A model generated the notes under the pieces. It did no database searches. It saw nothing but the letters and a program-made list of their open reading frames with translations, and had not been told where the DNA came from. From assembly GCA_002923195.1 (NCBI GenBank), contig BDTH01000074.1, positions 9,081 to 73,080 on the forward strand: 64,000 bases of DNA, written 5' to 3'. Shown here one piece after another: positions 28,125 through 37,470 of the stretch; the stretch's first letter is position 1, and every line of letters starts with the position of its first letter. Position numbers and translations under genes: made by a program. Source of the stretch: a bacterium BMS3Abin15 (GTDB lineage: Bacteria; Patescibacteriota; Minisyncoccia; Moranbacterales; 2-12-FULL-40-10).

Positions 28125-28515
28125 TCCTTAAAACCAGTGTTCTTCTAACTTTTGAAAATTCATGTTCAAATTCTGAGGAGTTGTATTCAATACTGGCGAC
28201 ATCTTTGTATATTTCTAAAAAAACTTTGATCTCTGCTTCTATATTTTTCATCTCTCCAATAAATCCTTCGGTCATAGCAGTGTCCTCTCCTTTGACTTTC
28301 ATATTTTTCAATAATTCAACATAAAGAACCTCATTTTCCAGATCTACATGCTCTGTCAAGTCTTGGCTGAATTTCCCTAACCTCTTAAGTATTTCTTCTG
28401 CACTATAACTGTTGTTTTTGGTTACTTGGTTATATATAAAACCCAGCTCCTCTCGCAGATTGTTACGCTGATTGATTAAAGTTGAGATTAGTTCCTTTTT
28501 CTCATCTTTATTCAT
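28078..28515 (-). CDS. Hypothetical protein, possibly hemerythrin-like
   Basis: 145-aa ORF; H/E-rich helical motifs (EHVDLENEVLYVEL). Weak call. Confidence 0.45.
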   Translation of the reverse strand: MNKDEKKELISTLINQRNNLREELGFIYNQVTKNNSYSAEEILKRLGKFSQDLTEHVDLENEVLYVELLKNMKVKGEDTAMTEGFIGEMKNIEAEIKVFLEIYKDVASIEYNSSEFEHEFSKVRRTLVLRIDMEESGIFKYWDQK

Positions 28516-28558
28516 AGCATTTAGATTATATCATAGAACAAAGCAGTTATAAACAGTA

Positions 28559-28669
28559 CACCCCCACACCTATGCAAGTAATAATCGTAATTTTTTAACA
28601 AATAAGCCTTGTTGTCTAGATTAAATTGTAAGATTATACACAGTGTTTTTATATATAGGTGTGGGGGTA
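28559..28669. repeat. Palindromic element copy 4 (cacccccacacctat ... ataggtgtgggggta) in the divergent intergenic region
   Basis: 15-bp inverted repeat with 14/15 match, 81 bp apart. Confidence 0.7.
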
Positions 28670-28755
28670 AAATTGACATATTTTTCACAGTTAGTAGTAT
28701 TACTAATGTACCTACCCCCCAGGTATGTATTATTTAATAAGAAATCCACGCAATT

Positions 28756-29031
28756 ATGAAGAGTAGCCCGAAACAACAATCGCTAACTAATTTTAAAAAA
28801 GCCAGCAGCCATATTGACAAAATAATAACGATGGTAGAAAACGGCAATTATTGCATAGACATTATGCAACAAAACTTAGCTGTAATCGGACTGTTGAAAT
28901 CTGCCCACCAGATGTTAATGGAGGGTCATCTTAGGGGTTGTTTTACTAATGCGATGGAGACAAAAAATGAACGGAGAAAACAAAAAATGGTGGAAGAAAT
29001 TTTGAGAGTTTCTAAATTACTCAATAAATAA
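28756..29031 (+). CDS. csoR: CsoR/RcnR-family metal-sensing transcriptional repressor
   Basis: YCIDIMQQNLAVIGLLKSAHQMLMEGHLRGC carries the C-H-C metal-ligand pattern of CsoR. Confidence 0.7.
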   Translation: MKSSPKQQSLTNFKKASSHIDKIITMVENGNYCIDIMQQNLAVIGLLKSAHQMLMEGHLRGCFTNAMETKNERRKQKMVEEILRVSKLLNK

Positions 29032-29033
29032 TT

Positions 29034-29501
29034 GTGAAGAAAAATATAATAATTATAGTTATAGTTGCAGCAGTTGCGTCACTGGTCTTTTATTTTTTAA
29101 GTCAGCGTAACCCTGAAATCAATTCTAGCAATGAAGAAAATAAAGTTATAGTTTATAAATCACCTACTTGCGGATGTTGTGTAAAATACATAAGCTATCT
29201 CAAAAGCCAAGGACTCAAAATTGAAACTGTTACCACTAATGATACAGCTTCTGTAAAAAATGAGCATAAAATCTCGCGCGATATGGAAAGCTGCCATACT
29301 GCCATTTTTGGAGATTATTTTGTAGAGGGACACGTTCCCATTGAAGCAGTCAACAAATTATTGGAAGAAAAACCGGATATTGATGGAATTGCATTACCTG
29401 AAATGCCATCCGGATCTCCCGGGATGCCCGGGCCCAAGTTGGAACCGTTTAAAATTTACAGCATAAAAGACGGGCAAGCATCAGAGTTCTTAAGTTTGTA
29501 A
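29034..29501 (+). CDS. DUF411-type periplasmic copper-binding protein
   Basis: VYKSPTCGCC...SCHT...YFVEGHVP motifs. Confidence 0.7.
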   Translation: MKKNIIIIVIVAAVASLVFYFLSQRNPEINSSNEENKVIVYKSPTCGCCVKYISYLKSQGLKIETVTTNDTASVKNEHKISRDMESCHTAIFGDYFVEGHVPIEAVNKLLEEKPDIDGIALPEMPSGSPGMPGPKLEPFKIYSIKDGQASEFLSL

Positions 29502-29518
29502 TTAAACAATAGTATATT

Positions 29519-29983
29519 ATGAAAAATATTGAAAAATCGTGGATAAAAATAATCTTACTTATAGTAATAGGGATTATAGCTGGATATCTGATAACTATTA
29601 GTATAAGCATAACTAATGATACATTTTCAAATAAAAATATCAACGAAAAAAGAACAGAATTCATTGAAGAAAAAAATGCAATTATAGGAGAACAGCTAGC
29701 ACATGGTGATTATGCTTGTTGTCTAGAAAAACCCTGCACTTATTGCATTGAAAAAACTCCCAAACACGGAGATGGCGCAAAATGCTCTTGTCTGGAGGAT
29801 GTAGTTAATGGAGTCCACCCTTGTGGGGAATGCATTGGAGAAATAATGGAAGGGCATGGAAACAGATTCTTGTCTAAATTCTTTGCTCGATCTATTGCTG
29901 AGGAAGTAGGAACGCAATATACAGACACTTTGAAGAAAATAATGGAAGAAAAATATGGAATACCAATAACTGAACAACTCTAA
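29519..29983 (+). CDS. Hypothetical membrane-anchored Cys/His-rich protein (putative metal binding)
   Basis: CC..C..C, C.C, C..C clusters after an N-terminal TM. Confidence 0.5.
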   Translation: MKNIEKSWIKIILLIVIGIIAGYLITISISITNDTFSNKNINEKRTEFIEEKNAIIGEQLAHGDYACCLEKPCTYCIEKTPKHGDGAKCSCLEDVVNGVHPCGECIGEIMEGHGNRFLSKFFARSIAEEVGTQYTDTLKKIMEEKYGIPITEQL

Positions 29984-30011
29984 CTAATATTTAACAACCA
30001 TATAAATTTTT

Positions 30012-30950
30012 ATGGACAAAAAAATAATCAGCCCTAAATTAAATGAGAAAAAATATTTTTTCCTGTGGATCTTGACTTTGTTGATATTGGTTATCGTCGC
30101 GGGCATCGGTGTCTTTAACATATTAAAAGGAAAGAGTTCAGGGACAAAATCGAATACATCCGAGCAAGCTAACAGCGCCGATAATTCGGAAATTAGTGAA
30201 TTTAAAAAGGCATTATTGCCAGCTGAGGGAATTATTCTGCCAGTCAGATGGAATGATCTGGGAAAAAGACTAACTGAAACAGGGGTGATAGACGAGCAAA
30301 AACTCATTGCAATCTATGATCAGCGCGGCGGGCTGAGCGAAGAAGATAAAAAACTGCTTTATGACAGTGATAACGGAAATATAATTATAACTGCCCAAAA
30401 TTCCGGCTTTCTTCTTAATTTATTATGGGCACTGGGATTAGGAAACAAAAATCCAGTTCTGGAAAAAGGGCCGATGCAAGACCCGAAATATAAAGGAGCT
30501 GACCGTTTCGCATCAACCGGCGGATGGAGCATCGCCAAAGGAAACGCTATGGACCACTATAGCAAGCATAAATTCATTACTCTAACCCCAACTCAGCAGG
30601 AACTGGTAGAAAAAGTAAGTAAAAACATTTACCGTCCGTGCTGTGGAAACTCAACCTATTTTCCGGATTGCAACCACGGCATGGCAATGCTGGGATTTCT
30701 TCAGCTGATGGCTTCCCAGGGAATGGCTGAAGAAGAAATGTACAAAACAGCGCTGACAGTTAATACCTTCTGGTTTCCTGATGCTTATCTGACAATTGCC
30801 AAGTACTTTCAGAAGAAAAAAGTTGCATGGGAAGATGTAAATCCTAAAAACGTTTTAGGATTAGAATATTCGAGTGCTTCCGGCTACAAGCAGGTTATGA
30901 CAGAAGTGAATCCTGTTCAATCACAGGGAGGCAAAAGATGCGGAGTATAA
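30012..30950 (+). CDS. Hypothetical membrane-anchored protein (312 aa) with CCGNSTYFPDCNHG motif
   Basis: ORF with N-terminal TM helix. Confidence 0.5.
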   Translation: MDKKIISPKLNEKKYFFLWILTLLILVIVAGIGVFNILKGKSSGTKSNTSEQANSADNSEISEFKKALLPAEGIILPVRWNDLGKRLTETGVIDEQKLIAIYDQRGGLSEEDKKLLYDSDNGNIIITAQNSGFLLNLLWALGLGNKNPVLEKGPMQDPKYKGADRFASTGGWSIAKGNAMDHYSKHKFITLTPTQQELVEKVSKNIYRPCCGNSTYFPDCNHGMAMLGFLQLMASQGMAEEEMYKTALTVNTFWFPDAYLTIAKYFQKKKVAWEDVNPKNVLGLEYSSASGYKQVMTEVNPVQSQGGKRCGV

Positions 30951-30962
30951 TTATTAAAACAT

Positions 30963-31376
30963 ATGAAAAAAATATACTTCATTGCAATAATATTAATATC
31001 ATTATTCTTAGTGCCCGTTTTAGCTCAAGCGCACGCGGGTGAAGATCAAGAAGAACATTGTGCTCTGGGAGAAATGCCTACCCTGAGCATAGTCGAAGGG
31101 ATGGAACATATGCTGGGAGGAGGTGGAGGTTCTATGATGGGAAGTTTTGGACCAGGACCAGCAAGCTGGTTTGGCTTCGGATTCGGTTTTATCTTCATGA
31201 TAATTTTCTGGGCTTTGATTATATTCGGAATTATTGTTTTAATTAAATGGTTAGTTAATCAAAATAAAACAGACGCTGGGAAGAAATCCCCGATGGATAT
31301 CTTAAAAGAAAGATATGCCAAGGGGGAAATAGATAAAGAGGAATTTGAAGAAAAGAAGAAAGATATAAGTCAGTAA
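30963..31376 (+). CDS. SHOCT-domain membrane protein with His/Met-rich N-terminal region
   Basis: C-terminal [23 protein letters not shown] (SHOCT-like); central Gly-rich TM. Confidence 0.6.
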   Translation: MKKIYFIAIILISLFLVPVLAQAHAGEDQEEHCALGEMPTLSIVEGMEHMLGGGGGSMMGSFGPGPASWFGFGFGFIFMIIFWALIIFGIIVLIKWLVNQNKTDAGKKSPMDILKERYAKGEIDKEEFEEKKKDISQ

Positions 31377-31413
31377 CTAGTAACCCGTAACTTGTAACTA
31401 GAAATTTATTATT

Positions 31414-33471
31414 ATGAGTTGTTGTCCTGAACACAAATTAAATAGCCACAAACATCATCACGGGGATCACCCTGGTCATAGTATGGACCATGGCGGCCAT
31501 GATATGTCTGCAGACCTTTCGATGCATGGCAGTGCACAAACTTTCTTGCGCCGTTTTTGGATTGTCACCTTTTTGTTAATCCCCTTGTTCTTAACTAGTC
31601 AAGTAGCTGTTGATTTTTTGGGAATTGGGGATTTTGCTTTCCGAAAAATTTTGCAGTTTATACTGGCTACAATAATCTTTGGATTTTCTCTGATATTTTT
31701 CCAGCACGCCAGGCATGAGATTCAGATGAAAAAGTACGGAATGATGACACTGGTTTCTCTGGCAGTGGGAGCCGGATACTTATTTTCCGTAGTTTCAACC
31801 TTTTTTCCTCAATTGGAAGCAGAGTTTTATTTAGAAATTTCAACTTTAGTCTGGGTACTTCTCTTCGGCCATTACCTGGAGGCCAAATCAACTACAGCTG
31901 CTGGAAATGCATTGCAGGAAGTGGCTAAGTTACTGCCAAAAAAAGCTCATCTGCTAAAAGATGAGGAAGAAATTGATGTAGATGTAGCAGAGCTAAAAAA
32001 GGGCAACATCGTTTTGATAAAGCCAGGAGAAAAAGTTCCAGCTGACGGAATAATTATAAAGGGCACCGCTAATGTAGACGAGGCATTAATAAGCGGTGAA
32101 TCGAAACCCGTTAGGAAAATAAGAGATGAGGAGGTGGCAGCCGGATCAATTTGCCTGGATGGATCTTTAGAAATAAAACTCACTAAAGTGGGAGAGAATT
32201 CAACTATTGGACAGATTCAAACATTAATTGCTAAGGCTCAAATGACAAAGCCTCAAAAACAGAAATTAGCCGATAAAGCCGCAGGCATTTTAACCTTTGT
32301 AGCTCTGGCAGCTGCAATAATTTCCCTTTTGGTCTGGTCTGTTTTTCTGGGAAAACCATTGGCTTTTGCTTTTACCTTAGCTATTACCACATTGGTTATC
32401 GCTTGTCCTCACGCCTTGGGCATGGCTATCCCGGCAGTAACTGCAATTTCCACAAAGCTGGCAGTAAAAAATGGAATCTTTATAAAAGATCTAGCTAAAA
32501 TGGAACTTGTTAAAGATATTAATTATGTAATATTTGATAAAACAGGAACATTGACCAAGGGAGAGTTCGGACTGACAAATATAGTGCCATTAAGTAATGA
32601 GGCTGACATATTGAAAATCGCTGGATCATTAGAACAGAATTCCTCCCATGTCATCGGCCAAGCCTTCACAAGAAAAGCCAAAGAAGAAAATATACAATTA
32701 GAAAAAATAGATGATTTTGAAAATTTCGCCGGAAAAGGAGTAGGAGGAAAAATTTCAGATCAAATTTATTGGTTGGGAAACAAAATTCTAATGAAAGAAA
32801 AAGGAATCTTATTAAATAAAGCAGAAGAGGAAAATAAAAAATTATTTAATTCTAGAAAAAGTTTGGTTTTTTTGGCTAATGAATCAGTATTGATTGGAAT
32901 TTTTGCTTTGGCTGATAAAATTAAACCAGAATCATTTTCTATAGTTAATAAACTTCACAAACTAGGAATAAAAGTGGCTATGCTTACCGGTGATAATAAA
33001 CAAGTAGCTGAAGGCGTGGCCAAGGAATTGAAAATTGATACTTATTTCGCCGAGGTGTTGCCCGGAGATAAATATAGAAAAGTTAAAGAGCTCCAGGGCC
33101 AAGGGCACAGGGTAATGATGGTGGGCGATGGAGTTAATGACGCCCCGGCCCTAACTCAAGCCGATGTAGGAGTGGCCATTGGTGCTGGAACTGACGTAGC
33201 CGTAGAGGCCGGTGATATAGTGCTGACCAGAAATAATCCAGAAGATATTTCCCGCTTGATAGTTTTAGGAAGAAAAATTTACCGCAAGATGTTGGAAAAT
33301 CTTATTTGGGCGTTAGGTTACAATGTTGTAGCTATTCCAGCTGCCGCCGGAGTACTCGCTCCTTGGGGATTTTTCCTTCGTCCAGAAATCGGAGCATTGA
33401 TAATGAGCTTATCTACCGTGATTGTGGTGGCTAACGCTTTAACTCTAAAAAAAACCAGTTTGGAAATTTAA
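31414..33471 (+). CDS. copB: Heavy-metal P1B-type ATPase, CopB-like (His-rich N-terminus, CPH motif)
   Basis: HKHHHGDHPGHSMDHGGHDM, IACPHALG, FDKTGTLT, GDGVNDAPAL. Confidence 0.85.
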   Translation: MSCCPEHKLNSHKHHHGDHPGHSMDHGGHDMSADLSMHGSAQTFLRRFWIVTFLLIPLFLTSQVAVDFLGIGDFAFRKILQFILATIIFGFSLIFFQHARHEIQMKKYGMMTLVSLAVGAGYLFSVVSTFFPQLEAEFYLEISTLVWVLLFGHYLEAKSTTAAGNALQEVAKLLPKKAHLLKDEEEIDVDVAELKKGNIVLIKPGEKVPADGIIIKGTANVDEALISGESKPVRKIRDEEVAAGSICLDGSLEIKLTKVGENSTIGQIQTLIAKAQMTKPQKQKLADKAAGILTFVALAAAIISLLVWSVFLGKPLAFAFTLAITTLVIACPHALGMAIPAVTAISTKLAVKNGIFIKDLAKMELVKDINYVIFDKTGTLTKGEFGLTNIVPLSNEADILKIAGSLEQNSSHVIGQAFTRKAKEENIQLEKIDDFENFAGKGVGGKISDQIYWLGNKILMKEKGILLNKAEEENKKLFNSRKSLVFLANESVLIGIFALADKIKPESFSIVNKLHKLGIKVAMLTGDNKQVAEGVAKELKIDTYFAEVLPGDKYRKVKELQGQGHRVMMVGDGVNDAPALTQADVGVAIGAGTDVAVEAGDIVLTRNNPEDISRLIVLGRKIYRKMLENLIWALGYNVVAIPAAAGVLAPWGFFLRPEIGALIMSLSTVIVVANALTLKKTSLEI

Positions 33472-33479
33472 GAAATTTA

Positions 33480-33516
33480 AAAAGCTTCTATCTCTTAAGA
33501 TAGAAGCTTTTTTTTG
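33480..33516 (+). terminator. Rho-independent terminator (aaaagcttctatctcttaagatagaagctttttttt)
   Basis: 13-bp stem + T8. Confidence 0.7.
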
Positions 33517-33533
33517 TTTATTAATACAAGTAC

Positions 33534-33968
33534 TTACTTTTCAGACGGATAATAATAACGCTCTGGCTCTTCGCTTTCTTCATCCCTAATGTTTTTAGTG
33601 GGAATATCCAGCTTTTCTCCCACATAAAGATATTCTTTTACGCCTCGTTTAGCAATTTTTCTGGCAAATTCACTTCGTGAGTAGCCAAATCTACGAGCTA
33701 GTCCAGACTGGGTATCGCCTTCTTTAATCCGATAAACGCAAACTGAGGCGTCGCCTTTTATTATAAACTCTTCGCATTCTATATACTTCCCGACATTTTC
33801 TGCTATCTGTTCTTCTTCCACCTCGGCTGCGGTTCTTCCAGTATCGGATATGTGGCTCCAGTCCTTTACAATCCCTGTTTCAGATTGTTTTTCAACCTTA
33901 GAATCTTTACAACTCGCGAGTGTCACAAATGATATTGCGACAATCAGAATCCAAAAAATATTTCTCAT
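33534..33968 (-). CDS. LysM-domain lipoprotein
   Basis: Lipobox LASC; LysM YRIKEGDTQSGLARRFG...YVGEKLDIP. Confidence 0.7.
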   Translation of the reverse strand: MRNIFWILIVAISFVTLASCKDSKVEKQSETGIVKDWSHISDTGRTAAEVEEEQIAENVGKYIECEEFIIKGDASVCVYRIKEGDTQSGLARRFGYSRSEFARKIAKRGVKEYLYVGEKLDIPTKNIRDEESEEPERYYYPSEK

Positions 33969-34111
33969 CTGTTTCCTCCTTTATGTTGGGTTTATTTTGT
34001 AATGTACTACAACTGGATAATGTTACTGGTTTATCGCTTTTTTGTCAACTTTAGAGATATAAAAAATAGCCGTTAGGGGCTACTACGATTATGGTTAATT
34101 AAAATATTAAA

Positions 34112-34588
34112 TTATAGAATTAAAGGGAACAGCCCCAGTGCTAGTAGAAAGAAAATGAAAAATAGAAATTTATATATTTTTTGCGGAAGAGTTTCGTAGT
34201 TAGAAGAAATATTAACTATTGTATATATGGACATAAGCAATATAATGAACAGAAAATAGATAATGGCTATGTCTTGATAATGACTGGCCACCACTAGCCC
34301 GATTACATTAAAAACAAAGACATTGCCTATCGTATTGGTATGCCAGCCAAGATAATCCCACTTTTTTATTTCCTCTCTGCGATAGCCGATTTTCGAATAA
34401 GCTAGGGAAGAAACAAAAAGCAATGGCACTGCCAGAACTAATTGTAGTATAGCAATGTAGCTGAATTCCTCAGGGCCGTTGTTCCAGATAAAAGCGAAAA
34501 TAAAAATCAAAACGCCCATCATTATAGAGCTGATGTGCACTTTGGAAATCGCTTTCTCCGGGCTGGTTTTGAAAATATTCCTTGGCAT
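34112..34588 (-). CDS. Hypothetical integral membrane protein (158 aa, 4-5 TM); its 5' third is duplicated at 41362..41604
   Basis: ORF; near-identical N-terminal 65 aa occur in a second copy. Confidence 0.6.
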   Translation of the reverse strand: MPRNIFKTSPEKAISKVHISSIMMGVLIFIFAFIWNNGPEEFSYIAILQLVLAVPLLFVSSLAYSKIGYRREEIKKWDYLGWHTNTIGNVFVFNVIGLVVASHYQDIAIIYFLFIILLMSIYTIVNISSNYETLPQKIYKFLFFIFFLLALGLFPLIL

Positions 34589-34647
34589 ATTACTTTTTAA
34601 ATTTTACCACAAAACAAAAATAACCCTAACTGGGTTATTTTCTTGTC
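34410..34647. repeat. Direct repeat, left copy (5' part of membrane-protein gene + leader + terminator)
   Basis: Near-identical to 41420..41604 + 41740..41797. Confidence 0.7.
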
Positions 34648-34850
34648 GCAATTGCTGAACGAAGCTTGAACCTTTTTGAATAAAAAATGCTTGAACAGCT
34701 TCGCTACGGCTCGGGCGTGGCGGAATTGGAGGCCGTGCCAATTTCATTGGCGTGCCGTCTCTTTGTAATTTTTTATAACCCCCTCCTATCCATTTTTTTA
34801 TGACGTTTTTTTGGATGCGCTAGAGATTCTATTGGCATACAATTTGTCTT

Positions 34851-35957
34851 TTATGAATGAAACGCCGGATGTAGCTTTTTATTTAGCTCCATACGTTCAG
34901 CCAAATATCGTACGATTTCACAGTTTTTCTCGCATTTTCCCAATATATCACCTGTTTCATTAACTACTTGTCCGAGGCATCCCCCAGCACAATTATATAT
35001 GTATTTGCAATCACTGCATGTTTTTTTCTTTAAGTTTTCCACGCATCTTGAACGAACATTAGCTACTGCTTTTTCGTCATAGACAATAATGTCTTTTTCC
35101 GGAATATATTTTCCATAAATTAATTGTTGAAGTGGACCTGGGGAATATTCAGAACCCAATTGGGTAAAATCACAACATGAGACATATCCATCAGTGGTTA
35201 AATGTGGATTTGGAGTACAAGCCCTGCAAGCATGTCTTGTTTTTTCATCAAAATTAACGATGCACATTGTATTGTACCATACCCCAAGTTTTTTCGCTTT
35301 TTTATGAGCAATAAGAAAATTTTTGGCAAATTCAATAGGATCCCATTCAAAGACAGTGCTCGAATTATCATCGATCGGGGCAAATGCGGGAAGAACATTT
35401 ATATACTTTATGCCGATACTATGAAAATATCCTACTATTTCTGATTGTCTTTTCATTATTGGGGGTGTCAATGTGACCCTTGCTCCTGCCTGCATTGATT
35501 TCTGCTTGGAAAAATATTTAAGATTTCTTTCTACAATCTCAGAAGTTGGCTTTTTAGTTGCCGTTGGTCTTTGAATATCATGAACTTCAGCCGGTCCGTC
35601 GCATGAAACCCACAAAATATTTACATTTTTGGCAATCCACTTAGCTACTTTTTCCGAGAAGAAGCCATTGGTCTGCAATTCTACAGTTAATAAATTGTCT
35701 GCTTTCTTGTATGCATAATTTTTTATTTTTTTCATCAGTTCAAATTCCAATGTTGGCTCGCCAATGCCGTAAAATCTAATATGCCTACTGGCGTTATCCC
35801 TGAAAAAATCATCAATCCCTCGCTTGGAAAAATTGAAATCTAAAGATTGATGCTCTTTCTTAAGGTTTTGATTTTTATGCGTATAGCAATAAATGCACCT
35901 AAGATTGCATCTTGTTGATAAAAAGAAAGAAATCATTTGTTTTCTTACATGTGCCAT
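34851..35957 (-). CDS. Radical SAM enzyme with SPASM domain, anSME-like (anaerobic sulfatase-maturase family)
   Basis: CNLRCIYCY (CxxxCxxC), QTNGFFSEKVAKWIAKNVNILWVSCDGPAEVHDIQR, C-terminal Cys clusters CRAC...SCCDF...CSDCKYIYNCAGGC. Confidence 0.8.
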   Translation of the reverse strand: MAHVRKQMISFFLSTRCNLRCIYCYTHKNQNLKKEHQSLDFNFSKRGIDDFFRDNASRHIRFYGIGEPTLEFELMKKIKNYAYKKADNLLTVELQTNGFFSEKVAKWIAKNVNILWVSCDGPAEVHDIQRPTATKKPTSEIVERNLKYFSKQKSMQAGARVTLTPPIMKRQSEIVGYFHSIGIKYINVLPAFAPIDDNSSTVFEWDPIEFAKNFLIAHKKAKKLGVWYNTMCIVNFDEKTRHACRACTPNPHLTTDGYVSCCDFTQLGSEYSPGPLQQLIYGKYIPEKDIIVYDEKAVANVRSRCVENLKKKTCSDCKYIYNCAGGCLGQVVNETGDILGKCEKNCEIVRYLAERMELNKKLHPAFHS

Positions 35958-36019
35958 ATTATTCTAATGCTATTTATTATGAATTTATTGCTATATAATA
36001 ATATTAAACGAATTGTAGC

Positions 36020-37363
36020 CTACTTGTATAAACCCTCTTTTAAGCGAGTTAGCAATTTATGAGTTTTCAGTCCAATTGTAGATTTGGTTCTCCAGCCCGA
36101 ACGATAAGTTGCTATCAGAAATTTTTTGCGCTCTCGCAATTCTTCTCTTGGCGGTAAAGTATCGTAAACATCCACATATCCATTTAAATCATCTTTTTTA
36201 AAGCGACTTAAAAAATAGGCTTGGTCTTGAAAAATACTACCGACACTTACATTAACTACCGTAGTTTTTTTAGGAATCATGTCAATCATTTCATTGGTGA
36301 TGAATTTTTCAGCGCCAACATGAGGCAAGTGGAAAGTTATAATGTCAGATTCGGTTAATATTTTTTCCAATGGCTTAAATTGAAGATTGTATCGTTTTTC
36401 AAGATCCGGATTTTGGCTTGTCGAATAATAGGAAACATCCATGTCAAATCCATCTCTGGCAATTTGTACAACTCTTCTGCCAATACGACCAAGGCCAATT
36501 ATACCAATTTTTTTATTCATCAATGATTCACCTGTCGGAATAATTTTAGCAACATCAACGACCGAAAGATAATTACCTTGATTAATTTTGTTTTTTATTT
36601 CTTCGCTAACTGATCTTGAGTCATAAATAATAACATGACTTTCTCTCAAAAAATTGTCTATGGGTCTATAGGCGATATTTAATGCATGTTGCAAGTCACT
36701 CAGGCTATAAATCGCATTCATATGAAAGCCATGACTGGCTATTTTAAATAAATCTTCTTTAAGATTATCATTTACCAACAAGCCGACGGTTAATCCTTTG
36801 AGTGTTTCTTCTTTAAACTCATCAGGACTGGTAATTTTTAATTTTCCAACTTTTACATATTCATGAATCCACGAACCTCTTAAATTATCTCGCCAATTTT
36901 TATTAAACTTTCTGACATCGTCGGTAATCTTGGCCATAATTTCTTCTTGTAAATGTCTCCGATTGTTCGTTGGTGTTAAGCCTAGGGCATTTTCATTATT
37001 CTTATAAAGCTGCAATAAACCGACAAATGCTAGTTCCGCAACCGAATCAGTTCCGTAATCAGGAATACTGGGAATGTGAAGGTTATGTTTTAGCGCATAA
37101 TCTTTATTAATTCTGTGTTCGAAAGCATGAGTCCAAAAGGCAATCGTCTTTAATTGAGGATTCTCGTCGATTACTTCATTCGGAATATCAACCCAGCAAC
37201 TTATAATGCAATCAGCACCTTTGACTCTTTCCAGCACCTCTTCTTCGGTTTCACAGGTATTATATTCGACTACTTCTTCCGCAATTTCATTTAATCGATC
37301 TCTGTGTTCGGGATAAAAGATAACCGAATCTAATACAACAATTTTTTTATATTTTTTATTCAT
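36020..37363 (-). CDS. D-isomer-specific 2-hydroxyacid dehydrogenase family protein, divergent (about 170-aa insertion between the catalytic and NAD domains)
   Basis: GIIGLGRIGRRV Rossmann motif; N-terminal catalytic-domain similarity. Confidence 0.65.
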   Translation of the reverse strand: MNKKYKKIVVLDSVIFYPEHRDRLNEIAEEVVEYNTCETEEEVLERVKGADCIISCWVDIPNEVIDENPQLKTIAFWTHAFEHRINKDYALKHNLHIPSIPDYGTDSVAELAFVGLLQLYKNNENALGLTPTNNRRHLQEEIMAKITDDVRKFNKNWRDNLRGSWIHEYVKVGKLKITSPDEFKEETLKGLTVGLLVNDNLKEDLFKIASHGFHMNAIYSLSDLQHALNIAYRPIDNFLRESHVIIYDSRSVSEEIKNKINQGNYLSVVDVAKIIPTGESLMNKKIGIIGLGRIGRRVVQIARDGFDMDVSYYSTSQNPDLEKRYNLQFKPLEKILTESDIITFHLPHVGAEKFITNEMIDMIPKKTTVVNVSVGSIFQDQAYFLSRFKKDDLNGYVDVYDTLPPREELRERKKFLIATYRSGWRTKSTIGLKTHKLLTRLKEGLYK

Positions 37364-37393
37364 AATGCTAATTATTGAATTGATTATTTAAGG

Positions 37394-37464
37394 AGGCGCA
37401 GGTAGGATTCGAACCCACATGCAGAGCTCTGCAAGCTCTGGTCTGACTACTTGACTACCGCGCC
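37394..37464 (-). tRNA. tRNA-Cys (anticodon GCA)
   Basis: Acceptor GGCGCGG/CTGCGCC, anticodon stem AGAGC/GCTCT, loop TTGCAGA, T arm GTGGG-TTCGAAT-CCTAC, discriminator U, 3-bp D stem. Confidence 0.8.
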
Positions 37465-37470
37465 ATATTT

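Noticed and set aside
31058-31246. 62-aa ORF
   Set aside because: Alternative frame inside the SHOCT-protein gene.
34648-34700. Possible tRNA-Pro 3' remnant at the left edge of the island (gctgaacgaagcttgaacc vs ctgagaatcgaactcagcc)
   Set aside because: Similarity is weak (~60%) and no acceptor/T-arm pairing can be drawn. Cannot support an att-site remnant.
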